Positions 1 through 13,539 of a stretch of 64,000 bases of DNA are shown here, piece after piece. The stretch is from Felis catus (lineage: Eukaryota): positions 58,096,001-58,160,000 of the forward strand of contig NC_058368.1 of the NCBI RefSeq assembly GCF_018350175.1, written 5' to 3'. Positions within the stretch are counted from its first letter, which is position 1; every line of letters begins with the position of its first letter. The notes under the pieces were generated by a model. That model was not told the DNA's origin and searched no databases. It saw nothing but the letters and a program-made list of their open reading frames with translations. The position numbers and the translations under genes were made by a program.

Positions 1-3000
1 TAAATTAGTACAGTAACTAAAAAAATGAATTTGTATTATCTAATATGCTGCAGATGTTGGTCTCTAAACCCATAATTTGTAATAGTGGTCTACAATATTT
101 GTTCACATATCTACTGAGTTTTGCACATTTTATATATCTACACAATTTTTTTTACACTAACATCTTAAATTTTCACAGTAAGTATACCTAGTTTTAAAAG
201 ATAAAATTATTCTCCTTTATGCACACTGACATTTTATACTAAAACTATCGATGGCTTTTAAGTAGAGAGATTTGATTTTGTTTTGTTTGTCTTTGAGTTA
301 CGCCTTCATTAAATGACTGGCTGCTGCATGGAATAACGGAACCATATGAGGCAGGATGAAGAATATTCCATTATGTCACCATCATTTAACAATAAGACAC
401 TTGACAGTTGTTTACAAGAATCATATTTTCAGTATATTGAGGACAACATTATTTTTTACATGTCCTCATACCTTTAAAAGTACATATATCAATTTGATAA
501 ATTAATTAAATAAACAGAAAAAAACTTTACTCATCATATTTGGAAATAAACTATTTCAAACTTAAGTGCCTGTCAAGTATGAGGAATTGGTGGACGTTGA
601 CTTAGGTATAAATTTGCTTATATTTGTCAATACCATACATTTTATTTCCTTTTTGATTTTCATTCTATTAAAATTCTTTGGCAGTGTTATTCAAAGAGAA
701 AAATTATACTTTCTGCGAATCTGAAAATTATTTATAGATGATTATCTCAATATATTTTGTTGGAAAATATTTGGGGGTAATTTATGTTTAACTGTTGGAA
801 TGTATTAATAATAAGCCCATGGTGTGTCTCAACCAAATAGCCACAAAGGGGAGCTCTAACCTAGCAAAAGAATAAATCACCTGCTAAACAGGACACCACA
901 ACAATATTTTTCTTCCTTCACAACAGAATTGAAGGAGAGTTTTAACAATTTGTACGTTATTCCAATTACATTTTTTTTTTGCCTCTCAGAAATAGGTTTG
1001 CTTGAAGATTATATAAGGCACATTCAAAATAAATTACAGCAAAGAGCAGCTTTTTTCCCCCTTTTCCAACTAACCAATGTCACATTCTGCATTAGCATGG
1101 AATTACTTGCAATGGCTTAAGATTTAACTTCAAAGCAATTGTGCTTAATGAAAATGACTGTGAATTCAAGCAACTGCACTGATAGGCTGCAGTAGCTGAG
1201 GAAAGGGAGGGCCTGTAAATTGTGTAAAGATGAAAGTAACAGAGCGTATCTTTAATAATGCATATTTAATTGCCTTGGTAAAATTGACTATTTTTTAACT
1301 CTGTCCTATATGGGGTATATATTTTAACAATCCCTGCCGGTGTGGTAATTTTAAATAAACTAGAACATTTGTTTGTTGCATTTTACAATGAAATCTAAAG
1401 TGAGAGATATAACATCCTTATATACATTTATTTTAAATGATTGAAAATCATCTTTTAATGTACAGAACTTTTAAGAATTTAATATTTGTTAGTTTTAATT
1501 CATTTTATTCCATAAACATTTCTAAATGATTTCAGCAAAAAGAAGATAAAAATATGCTATGGAGGATTACTTTCTGAATGGAAATGTGAGATATTCCACA
1601 GACCCTCTCAAGAAAATCAACTATAACTGGTGGAAATTATTTTTAAAAAAACTGTCAAAAGTTTTTGAAATTGTCCTAAGAGCATACAGCCAATGAAGAA
1701 ATATTTATTCAAAACAAATGTAATAAAACTTGATTTAAGAACAGTGAGCGTCTGTGGCATTTAGGCTATAGCCCACCGCTTACTCCTGAATCATCATGAC
1801 TGAAATTTCACTCTGGCTGGATGTGGCTATGAAAAATGTGGCTTCTCCTTGCTTCAGTCTTTATTCAAGGGTTACAGTACCCAATGGGTAGGGAAATTAC
1901 CACCATGATTTATGTAACCCCCAACTCTGTGTTTCAGAGGTGAATTCCAGGTGAGCCAAAGGGCTAGGAGCTCCCTTCTTCTACCCAGCTCCAACTCGTA
2001 TGGCTGAGGCTTTAAATAAGTATAGCAGCCAAAAAATATTGGGGTTAGATCCAATTTCCATTGCTCACCCAAGGGTGGGGATACCATGTCAAAAGACACA
2101 GGCCATAAACATCAGAGACTACAAATAAGCAAAAAAAAAAAAAAAAAAAAAAATCAATCCCCAAAGAGACAGAAGATCATTGTCTAGTTTGATATATTAT
2201 TTAACTTGTCCAGTTTTTGACATCAACAACAAAATTCTAGGACACACAAAGAGAGGAAAGTAGTAACCTTACACAGGAAAAAGAAGGCAAAGAAAAGAAA
2301 AGAAAGAAAAGAGGAAGAAAAAATGGAAACTACCTACCTTACAAGATATATATTTGAAAGCAAATACATTTAAGGAACTAAAGGAAATCATGCATAAAAA
2401 ATAGGGGAATTCATGATGATAATGTATCACCAAATACTGAATATCAATAAGGCAAAATTTTTTAAAAAATGAAAGTTGTAGAGTTTATTAGAATAACAAA
2501 AAATACAGTACTAGAGAGATACTAAAAGTGGATTTCATGAACAGAAGAGTACTCGAACTTGATGATAGATTGTTAGTGATTATGTAAGGTGGACAACAAA
2601 GAGACAAAATACAGAAAGTGAATAAAAATGAAAGACGTTAATCACACCAACATATGAATAAAGTGAGTACCAGGAGGAGAGACAGAAAGGTACACAGAAA
2701 TATTTGAAGAACTGCTGAGAATTTCTGAAATTGGATGAATAAAACTAATTTTCCAAGAAGCTCAGTGATCTAATAATCAGGTAAATGCAAACAGATTCAC
2801 ACCCAGACACATTATATTAAAAATTATCAAGGGCATTGACAAAGTAGAAAATCCTGAAGAAGCAAAAGAAAAGTGAGTCATCACACACAATGGAACCCTC
2901 TAGTAAGATAAAGAGCTGACCTAGGAGAAGCAAGTCAGGCCTGAAGGCAGTGGGATGACATATTTAAAGTGATAACAGGAAGAAAAAAAATACACACAAA

Positions 3001-4193
3001 AAAACTGTCAACCAAGAATCTTAAGCATAAAGTATCTTTCACAAAAGAAGATGAAAAGATAAAGACATTCACAAATAATCAAAAAACCAAGATTATTTAT
3101 TACTAGAAGACTTACATTACAAGATTGAAAATAAGTGACACAAGATAGTAATTTGAACACATGCAAACAGAATAGCAGAATAGCAGTAAAGAAAAATCCA
3201 TAATCATAGAAGACAACAAAATGCATGTTTTTGTTCTCCTGTTACTCAAGTGAAAAGCAATAATATAAACAATATAATTGTATTTTGAGTCCTATAACAT
3301 ATAGAAATGTAACATCTTGATAATAAATAATGCACAAAGAAGGCAAGTGAGAGCACAGCTGATGTGGAGTAAAAAAAAGAAAAATACAGATACTAACTCA
3401 AATTCATAGAAACAAATGTGAAGTAGAAATGGTAAACAAGAAAGTTAATATAAAAAATTCTATAAAACATATATGCTCTCACTTCCTCATTTTCTTTTAG
3501 CTAAAATACATGAAGTTATATAAACTAATAATTATAACAATGCATTGGTGGGTTTATAATATATTTAGATATATTAATTTTTAAATGCTCAAAAAGGGGA
3601 AGGGGGAATATAGCAACGTAAGTAATATTTATCTATCTACTGGAATATAGTCACTATACCTCTGAAGTAGTCTGTGGTAAAATTAAAAAGCATATAGTAA
3701 GACCTAGAACAACCATTTAAGAAAATAACTCAGGAATACAGTGAAAATTCTTAAGGGAATTAAAATGTTAAACTAGAAAATATTCATTTAATGTAAAAGA
3801 AAGCAGTGGAACTGGCTAGAGAACCACAAGACTTGAAGCATACAGAAAGTAAAAAGTAAATTGGCAGGCATAAATCAAATTACTCCAGTGATAACACTCA
3901 AACTGAATGGATTAAAAAAATTCAGATGAATGGATGAGAGGGACTGTCAGTCAGAATTTTATTTTTGTTTTTAAGGTACTGTATGCTCTCTACTGGAGAT
4001 ATGCTTTAAATCAAAAGAAATAAATAATTTGGAAGTAAAAGGATGGAACATATGTATAATGCAAACAGCAAACATAATAAAGCTGGAGTAGCTATACTAA
4101 TATTAGGCAAAACATATTTTAAAACAAAAATAATTACTAGGGACAAATATATAATGATGAAAAAGAGCTAATCCATAAGAAAGATATAATAAC

Positions 4194-4273
4194 TATGTAT
4201 TATATGTACATATATACACATATATGTACACATATATACACATATACACATATGTATAACTGTGTATTATATA

Positions 4274-4320
<47 letters not shown>
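4194..4320. repeat. (TA)n / TATG-TACA microsatellite
   Basis: Directly visible alternating TA tract. Confidence 0.95.
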
Positions 4321-4620
4321 CTAGGGAGAGATTACACAAATATAGGAAAAAAAGGAAAGAATTGAAGGGGGAAATTGGCAATTCAAAAATAATAGTTTAA
4401 TAATAGTTAATCTCACATTAAGTTATAAGTAGAACAAATTGGCACAAGATCAAAAATGAAATTGAAGATCAAAACAAAAACTAATTTAAAACTATGAGAC
4501 CTTACAGACATCTATAGAACATTCCACTCAACAAAAATAGAATACCAATTCTCCAGTATACATTTAATATTCTCTAAAATAGACCACATGCTAGGCCATG
4601 AAATAAGCTTCAGTGAATTT

Positions 4621-4830
4621 ATTTATTTTTTATTTATTTTTTAAAGTTTATTTATTTTGAGAAAGAGAGAGCAAGGGTGGGTCAGAGATGGAGGGAGAGA
4701 AAGAATCAAAAGCAGGCTCTGTGATGTCAGCATAGAGTCTGACAGGGGGCTTGACCCCATGAACTGTGAAATCATGATCTGACCCGAAATCAGGAGTTGC
4801 ATGCTTAACCGCAGAGACACCAAGGCACCC
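4621..4830 (-). mobile_element. CanSINE (older felid/carnivore type)
   Basis: Poly-T tail, GA tract, tRNA-derived head ending ggcaccc; TSD taagcttc(a/t)gt(g/a)aattt at 4604-4620 and 4831-4847. Confidence 0.9.
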
Positions 4831-5139
4831 TAAGCTTCTGTAAATTTAAAAGGATTTAAATTCTTCAAGAATTTCCTCTAATCATAATGAAATTAAATTA
4901 GAATTCAATGACAGAAGAAAGTTGAAAAATTCACAAATAAGTAGAAATTAACACAAACTGCTAAATAACCAATAGATGAAAGAAGAAATCATAAGGAATC
5001 TAAAAAATACTTTGAGATGAAAAAAAAAATGAAAGGAAAACATAACAAAACTTAAGGGATACAACTAAATTAGTGTCCAGGGAGAAATTTATAAATTTAA
5101 TATAAATTTTTAAAATGCCCATATTAAAAAAAAGAAAGA

Positions 5140-5595
5140 TGGTTACTATGCTTAATAATACTGTATTGTGTACTAGAAATTTGTTAACAGACTACATTTT
5201 TTAAATTTATTTCAGTATGACTGATACATAAGGTTACATTAGTTTCAGGTATACAACATAGTGATTCAACATCTCTATATGTTATGCTATGCTCACCACA
5301 AGCATAGCTACCATCCATCACCATACAAGGCTGTTACAATATCATTTACTACATTTCCTATGCTGTGCCTTTTATTCCCATGACTTCTTCATTCTATATC
5401 TGGAAGCCTATATCTCCCACTCTCCTTTACACATTTTGCACATCCTCCTGCCCCCCTTCCCTCTGGCAAACATAAATTTTTGCTAAGAGAGTAAATCTTA
5501 CGTATTCTCATAACACACACATATTTTTAAAAAGACATTTATTATACATTTTTTGTATATCTTACATATGTACAAATTTTATTTGTCAATTATAA
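5140..5595 (+). mobile_element. L1MA/L1MB-type 3' end fragment, itself interrupted by an antisense L1 3' end
   Basis: ggttactatgcttaataatactgtattgtg ... ttgctaagagagtaaatctta ... caataaatctggaaaaaa. Confidence 0.6.
5197..5475 (-). mobile_element. Carnivore L1 3' end, 5'-truncated
   Basis: T-tail followed by ttagtttcaggtatacaacatagtgattcaac, typical antisense L1 3' UTR. Confidence 0.75.
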
Positions 5596-5851
5596 TTCAA
5601 TAAATCTGGAAAAAAGACAAGATTTCAAATTAATAACCAACCTTCCATCATAAGAAACTAGAAAAAGAGAGCAGAATAAACTCAAGGTAAGCAGAGGAAC
5701 AAAATAATGATTACAGAATAATGTACAGAAACAACACAAAAAAAGATAAGTCAATGAAACCAAAAATTTTACTTTGAAAAAAAAGTAGCAGAAAAAAATG
5801 GCAAACCTTTAGCTCTCTAGACCAAGAAAAAAAGGTTCAAATTACTACATT

Positions 5852-6100
5852 TATATGATGCCATTATATATGAAATGTTCAAATTAGGCAGTTATAAACT
5901 TGATTATTTTACCTAGAACCAGGTAGAAGAAGGGTTATCAGGAAATGGGGAACAACTGCTATTGGGTACGTGTTTTGGTTTGGAGGACGATGAAAATGAT
6001 GTTCTAAAATTTACTGTGGTGATAGTTGTGCAACTGTATGACTATACTAAAATTGCACACTTTTAATGGGTGAATCATATCTCAGAGTTGGATATAAAAA
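5852..6100 (+). mobile_element. Old L1 (L1MC/L1ME-class) 3' end
   Basis: gatgaaaatg..ttctaaaatt..gtggtgatagttgtgcaactgtatgactatactaaaa. Confidence 0.65.
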
Positions 6101-6252
6101 TATCAACATGTAACTATCCACCCCAGGCATAATTATTGAGTGTTATATTATTTCAGAGAAGATATGGCTATACTTTATCTGAAATAGAATAAATGAATTC
6201 CAATCCAGCAAGGCAAAAAATGTACATATTTTATCAAGAATAGCTAGGGGGT

Positions 6253-6442
6253 GGGGCAGCTGGGTAGCTCAGTTGGTTAAGCGTCCAACTTCGGTTCAGG
6301 TCATGATCTCAAGGTTCATGAATTCAAACTCCGCTTCAGGCTCTGTGCCGACAGCTTGGAGCCTGGGGCCTGCATCAGATTCTGTGTCTCCCTCTCTCTC
6401 TGTTTTTCCCCCACTCATGCTCTGTCTCTCTCAAAAATAAAC

Positions 6443-6470
<28 letters not shown>
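6253..6470 (+). mobile_element. CanSINE (felid type), first of a tandem pair
   Basis: ggggcagctgggtagctcagttggttaagcg head, CT tract, long A tail. Confidence 0.95.
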
Positions 6471-6473
<3 letters not shown>

Positions 6474-6480
6474 TATTCAG

Positions 6481-6702
6481 GGGGCGCCTGTGGGTCTCAG
6501 TTGATTGAGCACCGAACTTCAGCTCAGGTCATTATTTCGTGGGTCATGAGTTCAACCCCTGCATCGGGCTCTGTGCTGGCTGGCAGCTCAAAGTCTGGAG
6601 GCTGCTTTAGATTCTGTGTGTCTCTCTCTCTGCCCCTCAACCACTCGCACTCTGTCTCTCTCTCTCCTTCAAAAATAAACAAACTTTAAAAAAATTTAAA
6701 AA
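6481..6702 (+). mobile_element. CanSINE (felid type), second of a tandem pair
   Basis: ggggcgcctgtgggtctcagttg head, CT tract, aataaa plus A-rich tail. Confidence 0.95.
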
Positions 6703-7824
6703 GACTATATATATTATCAAACTAATTGCTTGGTGATGGCAATGCAATTGAAGCAACAATCACTGATCTTTCAATTCTGAGAGTCCAAAATGAAAATGGT
6801 GTGCTGTATAATAAATGCACATTATAGCTCTTTTTACCTCATGCAAAAATTATAAATAATTTTTTGTAGGTAAGTATGCAATAAAAATTTCAAAATATTT
6901 GAACTTCAAACTAAACTGATATATAACTGAATGCCTTGAGTTCTAATGCATCACGAAATTGAAGGCCCAATTGTGTTCAAATCTAAGATGAAAATATTCT
7001 AACTGCTAACATATTTTATAATCTGTGTATATATATATATATGTCATAATAAATTATAGATAAATGGGTGATTTAAAACTTAAAACCCACAGTAATTAAT
7101 GCAGGGAGTGACTACTTTTTAATGGTATCTGGAAATGCCCAAATAACTTATAAATATTTAATATGTTTTCGATAATATAATCAGTCTTACATGAAAAGTA
7201 CCATTTGTTTACTGCACTATAAATGGAAAAAGAAATATAATCACATTACACTGATGTTTCAAACTATCACAATGAGTTGTTTACAGCATTTTAATATTAA
7301 GTTATATCGTTTAGAAATGAAACAATTTTATGAAGAAAACAATATCATTATTTGAAAAAAATGTTTTCATATGAATTGCTTGCATGAAGATTACTACATA
7401 CTGGACATTGGTAGTTTATAAAAATGGATCAGGTCTGAATGTCAGGCAGAAAATATAATTCAAGGGAACTGCCTCCCCTGTAGTTCTAACTTTTCATTGG
7501 CTCATTTCCAGCACTGAGGAGTAAATCAAAGCAAAATATTGTTTTTGTTTGTTTGTTTAGTTTTGTTTAATGAAATCATTGTCTTAGCTGATTGTAGGCA
7601 CCAGGAGAAAAAGCAAAGAGCAGAAGTTCATCAACACATAAATGATACAAGCAAAGACAGATACAAATCCGGTCAAGGCCTACCTAGGCATTCTATTATA
7701 CATAACAACTATAAACTTGTACTGAGATTTGCTGATGTTATTCCTCACCATGCCTATCTCCTAATGACTATTCTAATCTGAAAGATTAATTTTTGTGCCT
7801 TATTTATAGCTGATATATTGGGAT

Positions 7825-8475
7825 TTCCCTTTCCTGTCAAACAGAGGAGTCCCTTTGCTCCCCCTGTGATTTTTGGCTTGGGTATTTGTCATTTTGGTAA
7901 GATTCTCCTTTGTTCTTATGTTGCTGTATAGAAATTTGACATTTTGTTTTTATTCCCACGGATGAATTGTCACCTGAAATTCCTATACCTATCCAGGTTC
8001 CCAGAACATGGTCACAGTACCCAGACTCTGAGTTCAAACTGGTGTTCTCCATATAACGATCTTGGCTTTCTCTCCAGATAATAAAAGGTCTAGATGTCTG
8101 TAAAGAGAGGAGCAACAGCAGCTGTAGGACAGAATGGGATCATCTCAGGTTATCAAGTCCTCCTGTGATTCTCTTCACCATTAGTTCCAAAGTATAAATG
8201 TTTCCAGTTCCTATGCATTTTGAAAGTTTCTTTATTGAAATCCTGTTCTCATCTTTTTCCACTCATAGCTTGCGTGTTTGAATTTTTTTTCATCCAAAGT
8301 GTTTGAACATTATTTATTTACTTTGCATATGAGAAAATTTGTGGCTCTTTCTTCCTTCCTTGCTTTTGCCATCTTTGAGGTTTTTTGGTATTTAAAAAAA
8401 GCCTTTAGTTTTGTGGAGTTTTGAGAAGGAGCACATTGTTATATATTTTTAGTCTGCTTCCTTAACCCAGAAATC
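7825..8475 (-). mobile_element. Ancient L1/HAL1-type 5' end relic
   Basis: Ends tctgcttccttaacccagaaatc, the reverse complement of a degenerate gacttccggtt..aagatggcgga L1 5' start. Confidence 0.4.
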
Positions 8476-8649
8476 ACCAAATCCTATTTCTCTCCCCTCT
8501 GGCTTATTTTTAAATTATACTTCCTACATAAATAACACAGTAACTCATGATTTTCTCTTTACTTGATCATTATATTCGTTGTTCATCTGCAGATATTATG
8601 TCGTACCTGATTATATATATTTATTTTTCTACACGTCTTCCTAGTTGTT

Positions 8650-8786
8650 GCTATTATCACCTCCACCAACTGGAAATTTCATGAATGTAGGGTATATACA
8701 AACTTCTTTATTTTTTAAACTTAAACACGTGTAGCAGTGTTTTCATAAATAAATGACACTCATGGATATTTATTATTTATATGAAT
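8650..8786 (+). mobile_element. L2 3' end relic
   Basis: ttcatgaatgtaggg ... cactcatggatatttatt..tgaat resembles the L2 terminus. Confidence 0.45.
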
Positions 8787-9136
8787 ATTAACAATAAAAG
8801 GAGCTAAGTTTTATACTGTCAGGTTATAAATATTAAAAATCAGTTAAGGCAATTTAGCAAGTAAGTATATTATAATGGTTATATTATTCATTTTAATTAA
8901 TGTAATTTAGAACACTATATTAAGGTTCTTGATATTTTACAAAGATAATATTTTCCCATGATATTACAGAGCAAAAATACTATACCCAATTTCTTAAAGT
9001 GTCCTCTAATAAATTGGCTGTTTTAGTTTTGCTATCTCATTACAACCTTCAATAATCTGTGACAAATTCAAAATAGAGAAAAATAATTATATATCATTAA
9101 CAAATTTGCTCAACAACAGTTAAATTTGCTTTGGTA

Positions 9137-9329
9137 GGGCCACCTGGATGACTCAGTTGGTAAAGCTTTCAACTCTTGGTTTTGACTCAGGTCATGATCC
9201 CAGGGTTTTAGGATCAAGCCCTGCATTGGGCTCCTTGTTGAGCATGAATCCTGCTTGGGATTCTCTCTCTCCCCTCTGTCTGTCCCTCCCCCACTCATGC
9301 TCTCTCTCCCCCCAAATAAAATTAAAAAA
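9137..9329 (+). mobile_element. CanSINE (older type)
   Basis: gggccacctggatgactcagttgg head, CT tract, aataaa tail. Confidence 0.9.
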
Positions 9330-9809
9330 GGATTTTTCTAAGTATGATGTTATTTAAAAATTTTAAAAAGAAATTAAAATTAATGTGTTGAGATTTTAAT
9401 ATGTACAAAGCTCACACATATTATATTCAAGAATCTTTTAGAGGTAAAAGCACCTGTATATTAGGATATATGTACAATCATATGCATATTCATTGCAAAA
9501 TATTTTTAACTGAAAATTAAAAACACATAATATCTATCAGCAATAGTGTCAATGTGGTGATGATTTAAAATGTATGGTGCACTATTTAGCATCTCTAATA
9601 ATATGTAACTAATAGTTTTCAGAATTTATCTATTATCTATCTGCCTATGTAAAGTGATGATTTAGAGTGATGATTTTAAAAAGGAAGGTATATCATTAGT
9701 ATTCATACTTGTATAGTCCAATTGTTTGTTGAGAAAAACTAATTTTACCATGGAAATTTGGAAAACAAAGTTAAAATATTTTGTTTTCTCAAAAAAAACC
9801 AAAGATCTT

Positions 9810-10048
9810 TTTTTTAATGTTTATTTATTTTTGAGAGACAGAGAGAGAGAGCGTGAGCAGGGGAGGGGCAGATAGAGAAGGAGAGACAGAATCCAAAGCA
9901 GACTCCAAGCTCTGAGCTGTTAGCACAGAGCCTGACCCTGGGGATAGGGGGTGGGAGGGAGGGCTCAGTGCAGGGCTAGAACTCACAAACCACAAGACTG
10001 ACCTGAGCCAAAGTCAAATGCTCAACTGACTGAGCCACCCAGGCACCC
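9810..10048 (-). mobile_element. CanSINE with a ~33-bp G-rich internal insert
   Basis: T tail, GA tract, head gagccacccaggcaccc; TSD aaagatctt at 9801-9809 and 10051-10059. Confidence 0.92.
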
Positions 10049-11261
10049 AGAAAGATCTTAGAAGTAGCTTAATGATGGTTTTCAGTGGGAAACCATGTTA
10101 CCCAGATGGTGAAATTACACTTTTGAAAAGGATTAAATAAATTGGATCTCATTTCTCTAGAATACTTTTACTTTGTATTCATTAAAATATAAATCATTAT
10201 TTACTCTCTTTCATATATAGAACTGAAACAAACATCTTTGCTCAGGAGAAAGATACTTCTGTGCTACCATTCTTCATGAAATTAGATCACATTTGATGAA
10301 GATCTGTGTTCCGTAGGTATCACTAAACCATATTCTCATGTGAAGACACTGAACATTGGGTTTGCTAGGGTACTTAATGTATCAAGAAAACCCTTTATCT
10401 ACACTGTTTTATGAGACACAGACTCCATCACTCTCACATAATGACAGAAAATCACTGAAACAAAAATGCTTACTATCCTGCAATAGCAATAAAAAGCACA
10501 TTTACCTTGAACCAATTCATCCTTTATCTTGTAACCTTAAGGATGTAAAGGGGAGATAAATTGAGACTACAAGACTTTTCAGCCTAAGTTATTGGTTCAG
10601 TATTATCCACTGGTATAATTTCAAATCAGCAAGAAGACAAAAAGGGGATTTTAACTCTATTATTCATCATTTCAGCATTCTTTTTTTAGAATTTCCATTG
10701 TTATACCAAATAAAAAAAATATGTGGTATGCTATATGCCACATTCATTGGCATTTATTGTAATCTGAACACAAAGCATAAATTAATTATTTTCTTCAATC
10801 TAAAGAGGAAATGCAAGTGTTAATTCAAAACAAATCAAAACATGAAGATAATAGTTGCATAAGAATTAATGTAATTTTTATAGTAAGTTTACTGTTTTCT
10901 GACCACATTGTTAAATTTTAACTCAGAACATCGTCACAGTATTTCCATAGACTAATAATGGATTGAAATTGACTTACATCACAGTGGCCAAATTCTTTTG
11001 ACTCAGTTCTAGCTGTAATATGGAAACCAAAGCTCCTTTACATGTAATATTTTGAAGTGTTATCAGTCAGTTGACATATAAATGTATATCTTTTTACCCC
11101 AGGTAAAATTGTAAAAATTACTTACCCATATAACTATTAACTGTATGATTAAAATGTTAAGAACTTTCAAATAGCTAAATAAATAAGAAAATGAATAGAC
11201 AGTTACTATGAATAGTTAGTGTAGTTAGCTAAACACCACTAAGAAGAAAGTACTCTCTTAT

Positions 11262-11640
11262 AATTTATGTTTCCCTGAAGGAAGCGAAAGATGCCAGGAT
11301 TGGCTGCAGATACTTTGTATGGGTCATGATCATACGAACCAGGACTGAGGATGAAGGGAGAAGGAAGTAGGTAAAGGAAAATGCAATTCAAAAGTTGTTA
11401 TTGGAATTGCTGCTACATTAATGGCAGCTCACTAGTACCAGGTCTTTTACCACTCCAAATCATGCAATGAAAGGTGAACAGCTGAAGCATTAATCCATAA
11501 CTCTGTTGGGTATTTTCTCCGATTCATTAATGTTAAATACCTTTTAGTTCCAATAAGCATTTGTGGCTGGACATATTTCTGTAATTTCAATGAAGTCCCT
11601 GAGACAGAAATTAGAATTTCATTCTTTTAAGTTAAGAGAT
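11262..11640 (-). mobile_element. ERVL LTR relic (LTR16/LTR33 group)
   Basis: tttccctgaaggaagcgaaagatgccaggattggctgcagatactttg resembles the antisense LTR16/33 terminus. Confidence 0.45.
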
Positions 11641-11669
11641 ATATGTATCATTTACAGAATAGTGCTTTT

Positions 11670-11869
11670 TTATATTGTTTGTACGATGTATCTTTTCCCA
11701 TCCTTTTACTTTCAAACTATTACATTTAAAATGAATTTCTTGGAGCTTTTGGGTGGCTCAGTCAGTTGAGTGTCCAACTCTTGGTTTTGACTCAGGTCAT
11801 GGTCTCGTGGTTTCGTGGGTTCGAGCCCCACATCAGGCTCTGTGCTGACAGTTTGGAGGCTGCTTGGGA

Positions 11870-11904
<35 letters not shown>

Positions 11905-13340
11905 CCACCTCACTCACACTGTCTCTGTCTTTGACTCTCTCATATAAAACTTTAAATTTTTTTTAAATAAAATGAATTTCTTATAAGTTGTATACAGTTG
12001 GATCACGTTTTTCAATCTACCAATCTTTCAATAGTTGTTTAAAACCATATATATTTATTGATAGATACAATTACTGACAGGTTATATCTAAATCTGCCAT
12101 TTTATTTTATTGTTTTATTTTGTATTCTCTCTGATTTTTAGTTCTTTGCTTTCTTTATTCTAAATTAAAGAGGGTTGCTTGAACATTTTTTAAACTTTCA
12201 TTTTAATATACCTATAGGGATTATGTATGTATTGTTTTATAACTTTCATTAGTTACTTCTATGTATTCTCTTATACATACATAACTTATCACAGTCTACT
12301 GGTATTCACATTTTATCAGTTTGAGAAAAGTATAGAAACCTTATCTCATTTATGTCCCTTTAATTTCCCACATTTATGGTATGATTGTCTTAAAAAATTT
12401 CCTCTCCATATATTTAAACCCATATCAGACAATGTCATAATTTTGGCTTCAACTATTAAACATAATTGGGAAAACCCAATAGGAGAAAGAAAATGTGTTG
12501 CATTTAGTGACATTTTTACTTTTTATATTGTTCTTTCTTCTATCCTGATGCTCTAAGCTTCTTCTTTTATTATTTCCTTTAGTTATAGAAATTTAGGGCC
12601 GTTATATTTGAATAGGTCTATTGTTGACTAATTCTCTTAGTTTTCCTCATCTAATAATGCATTGAGTTTGTTTTCATTCTGGAAGAATATTTTTATTCTT
12701 GAAAGGTATAAAGTGTATAAAGTTCTTGGTTAAGGGCCACCTTCCCCCCTCCCCCAGTTTTGTTTGTTTGTTTGTTTGTTTTGATTTGTTTCATTTTCCA
12801 ACAGTGAAAACATTTTGTGGCATTTTTGGCCTCTTGTGTGTCTGATGAGAAATCCACTGTTATTCAAATTGTTTCCCCAGAGTTAAAATTTGATTTCTCT
12901 ATGCTTTCAAGATGTTTTATCTTTAGTTTTCAGAAGTTTGATTATGATGTGTATGGGTGTCAATTTCTTTAGGTTTATCCTACATAGAGTTTCCTCAGCT
13001 ATTTATATCTGTAGATTTATAGCTTTTGTCAAAATTAAGTAGGTGATTCAGTCATTATTTTTTCCAATACTTTTTCAGCACCATCCTTTTCCCTCTCTCT
13101 TCAGAATTCCAATTAACACTGATACTAGATCTTTGCTTATAGTCCAATAGGTCCCAGGTCTCTGCTCATATTTTTTCAATATATTTTCTCTATGTTGTTC
13201 ACATTTTATTATTTCTATTTTTCTACTTCAAGTGCATGGATTCTGTCCTCTGCCCTCACTATCCTGTTGGTAAGTCTGCTTATTGAGATTTTAACTTTAG
13301 TTATTAAATTTTTAATTCTAAAATTCACATTTGTTTTTCA
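11670..13340 (-). mobile_element. Old L1 (L1MC/MD/ME) ORF1 and inter-ORF relic
   Basis: T-rich antisense L1 text, e.g. tctgatgagaaatccactgttattcaaattg, tttagttttcagaagtttgattatgatgtgt. Confidence 0.7.
11742..11968 (+). mobile_element. CanSINE inserted in L1
   Basis: Head gggtggctcagtcagttgag; (CT)n; TSD aaaatgaatttctt at 11728-11741 and 11969-11982. Confidence 0.93.
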
Positions 13341-13344
13341 AAAG

Positions 13345-13510
13345 GGTATACTGAAAATATAACATTAGAAATCCATATGGTGTTTGGAATGTTCTTTCCC
13401 TTGATTGTATCAATGCCTCAATGCCATATTCTGGTTGTAAAATTGTAATATATAGTTTTAAGATGTAATTACAGGGTGGAACTGAGTAAAGAGTTTGAAA
13501 GATCCCTCTG
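13345..13510 (+). mobile_element. L1MC/MD 3' end fragment
   Basis: tattctggttgtaaaattgt..tagttttaagatgt..gggtggaactgagtaaagagtttgaaagatccctctg. Confidence 0.5.
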
Positions 13511-13539
13511 GGTTAGTAGTTCAAGAAGGGCCAAGCCAT

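Larger units (their letters stand above)
1565..5850 (+). mobile_element. Old L1 (L1MC/L1MD-class): 5' region, ORF1 relic, inter-ORF and start of ORF2; interrupted by younger inserts
   Basis: A-rich L1-like strand; endonuclease-like segment aaagctggagtagctatactaata (KAGVAILI) near 4080; atagaccacatgctaggccat (IDHMLGH) near 4580. Confidence 0.75.

Noticed and set aside
11670..13510. Antisense L1 body next to a sense L1 3' end as a twin-priming inversion
   Set aside because: The pieces are far apart on the L1 map, very old, and have no visible TSD; independent fragments are equally likely.
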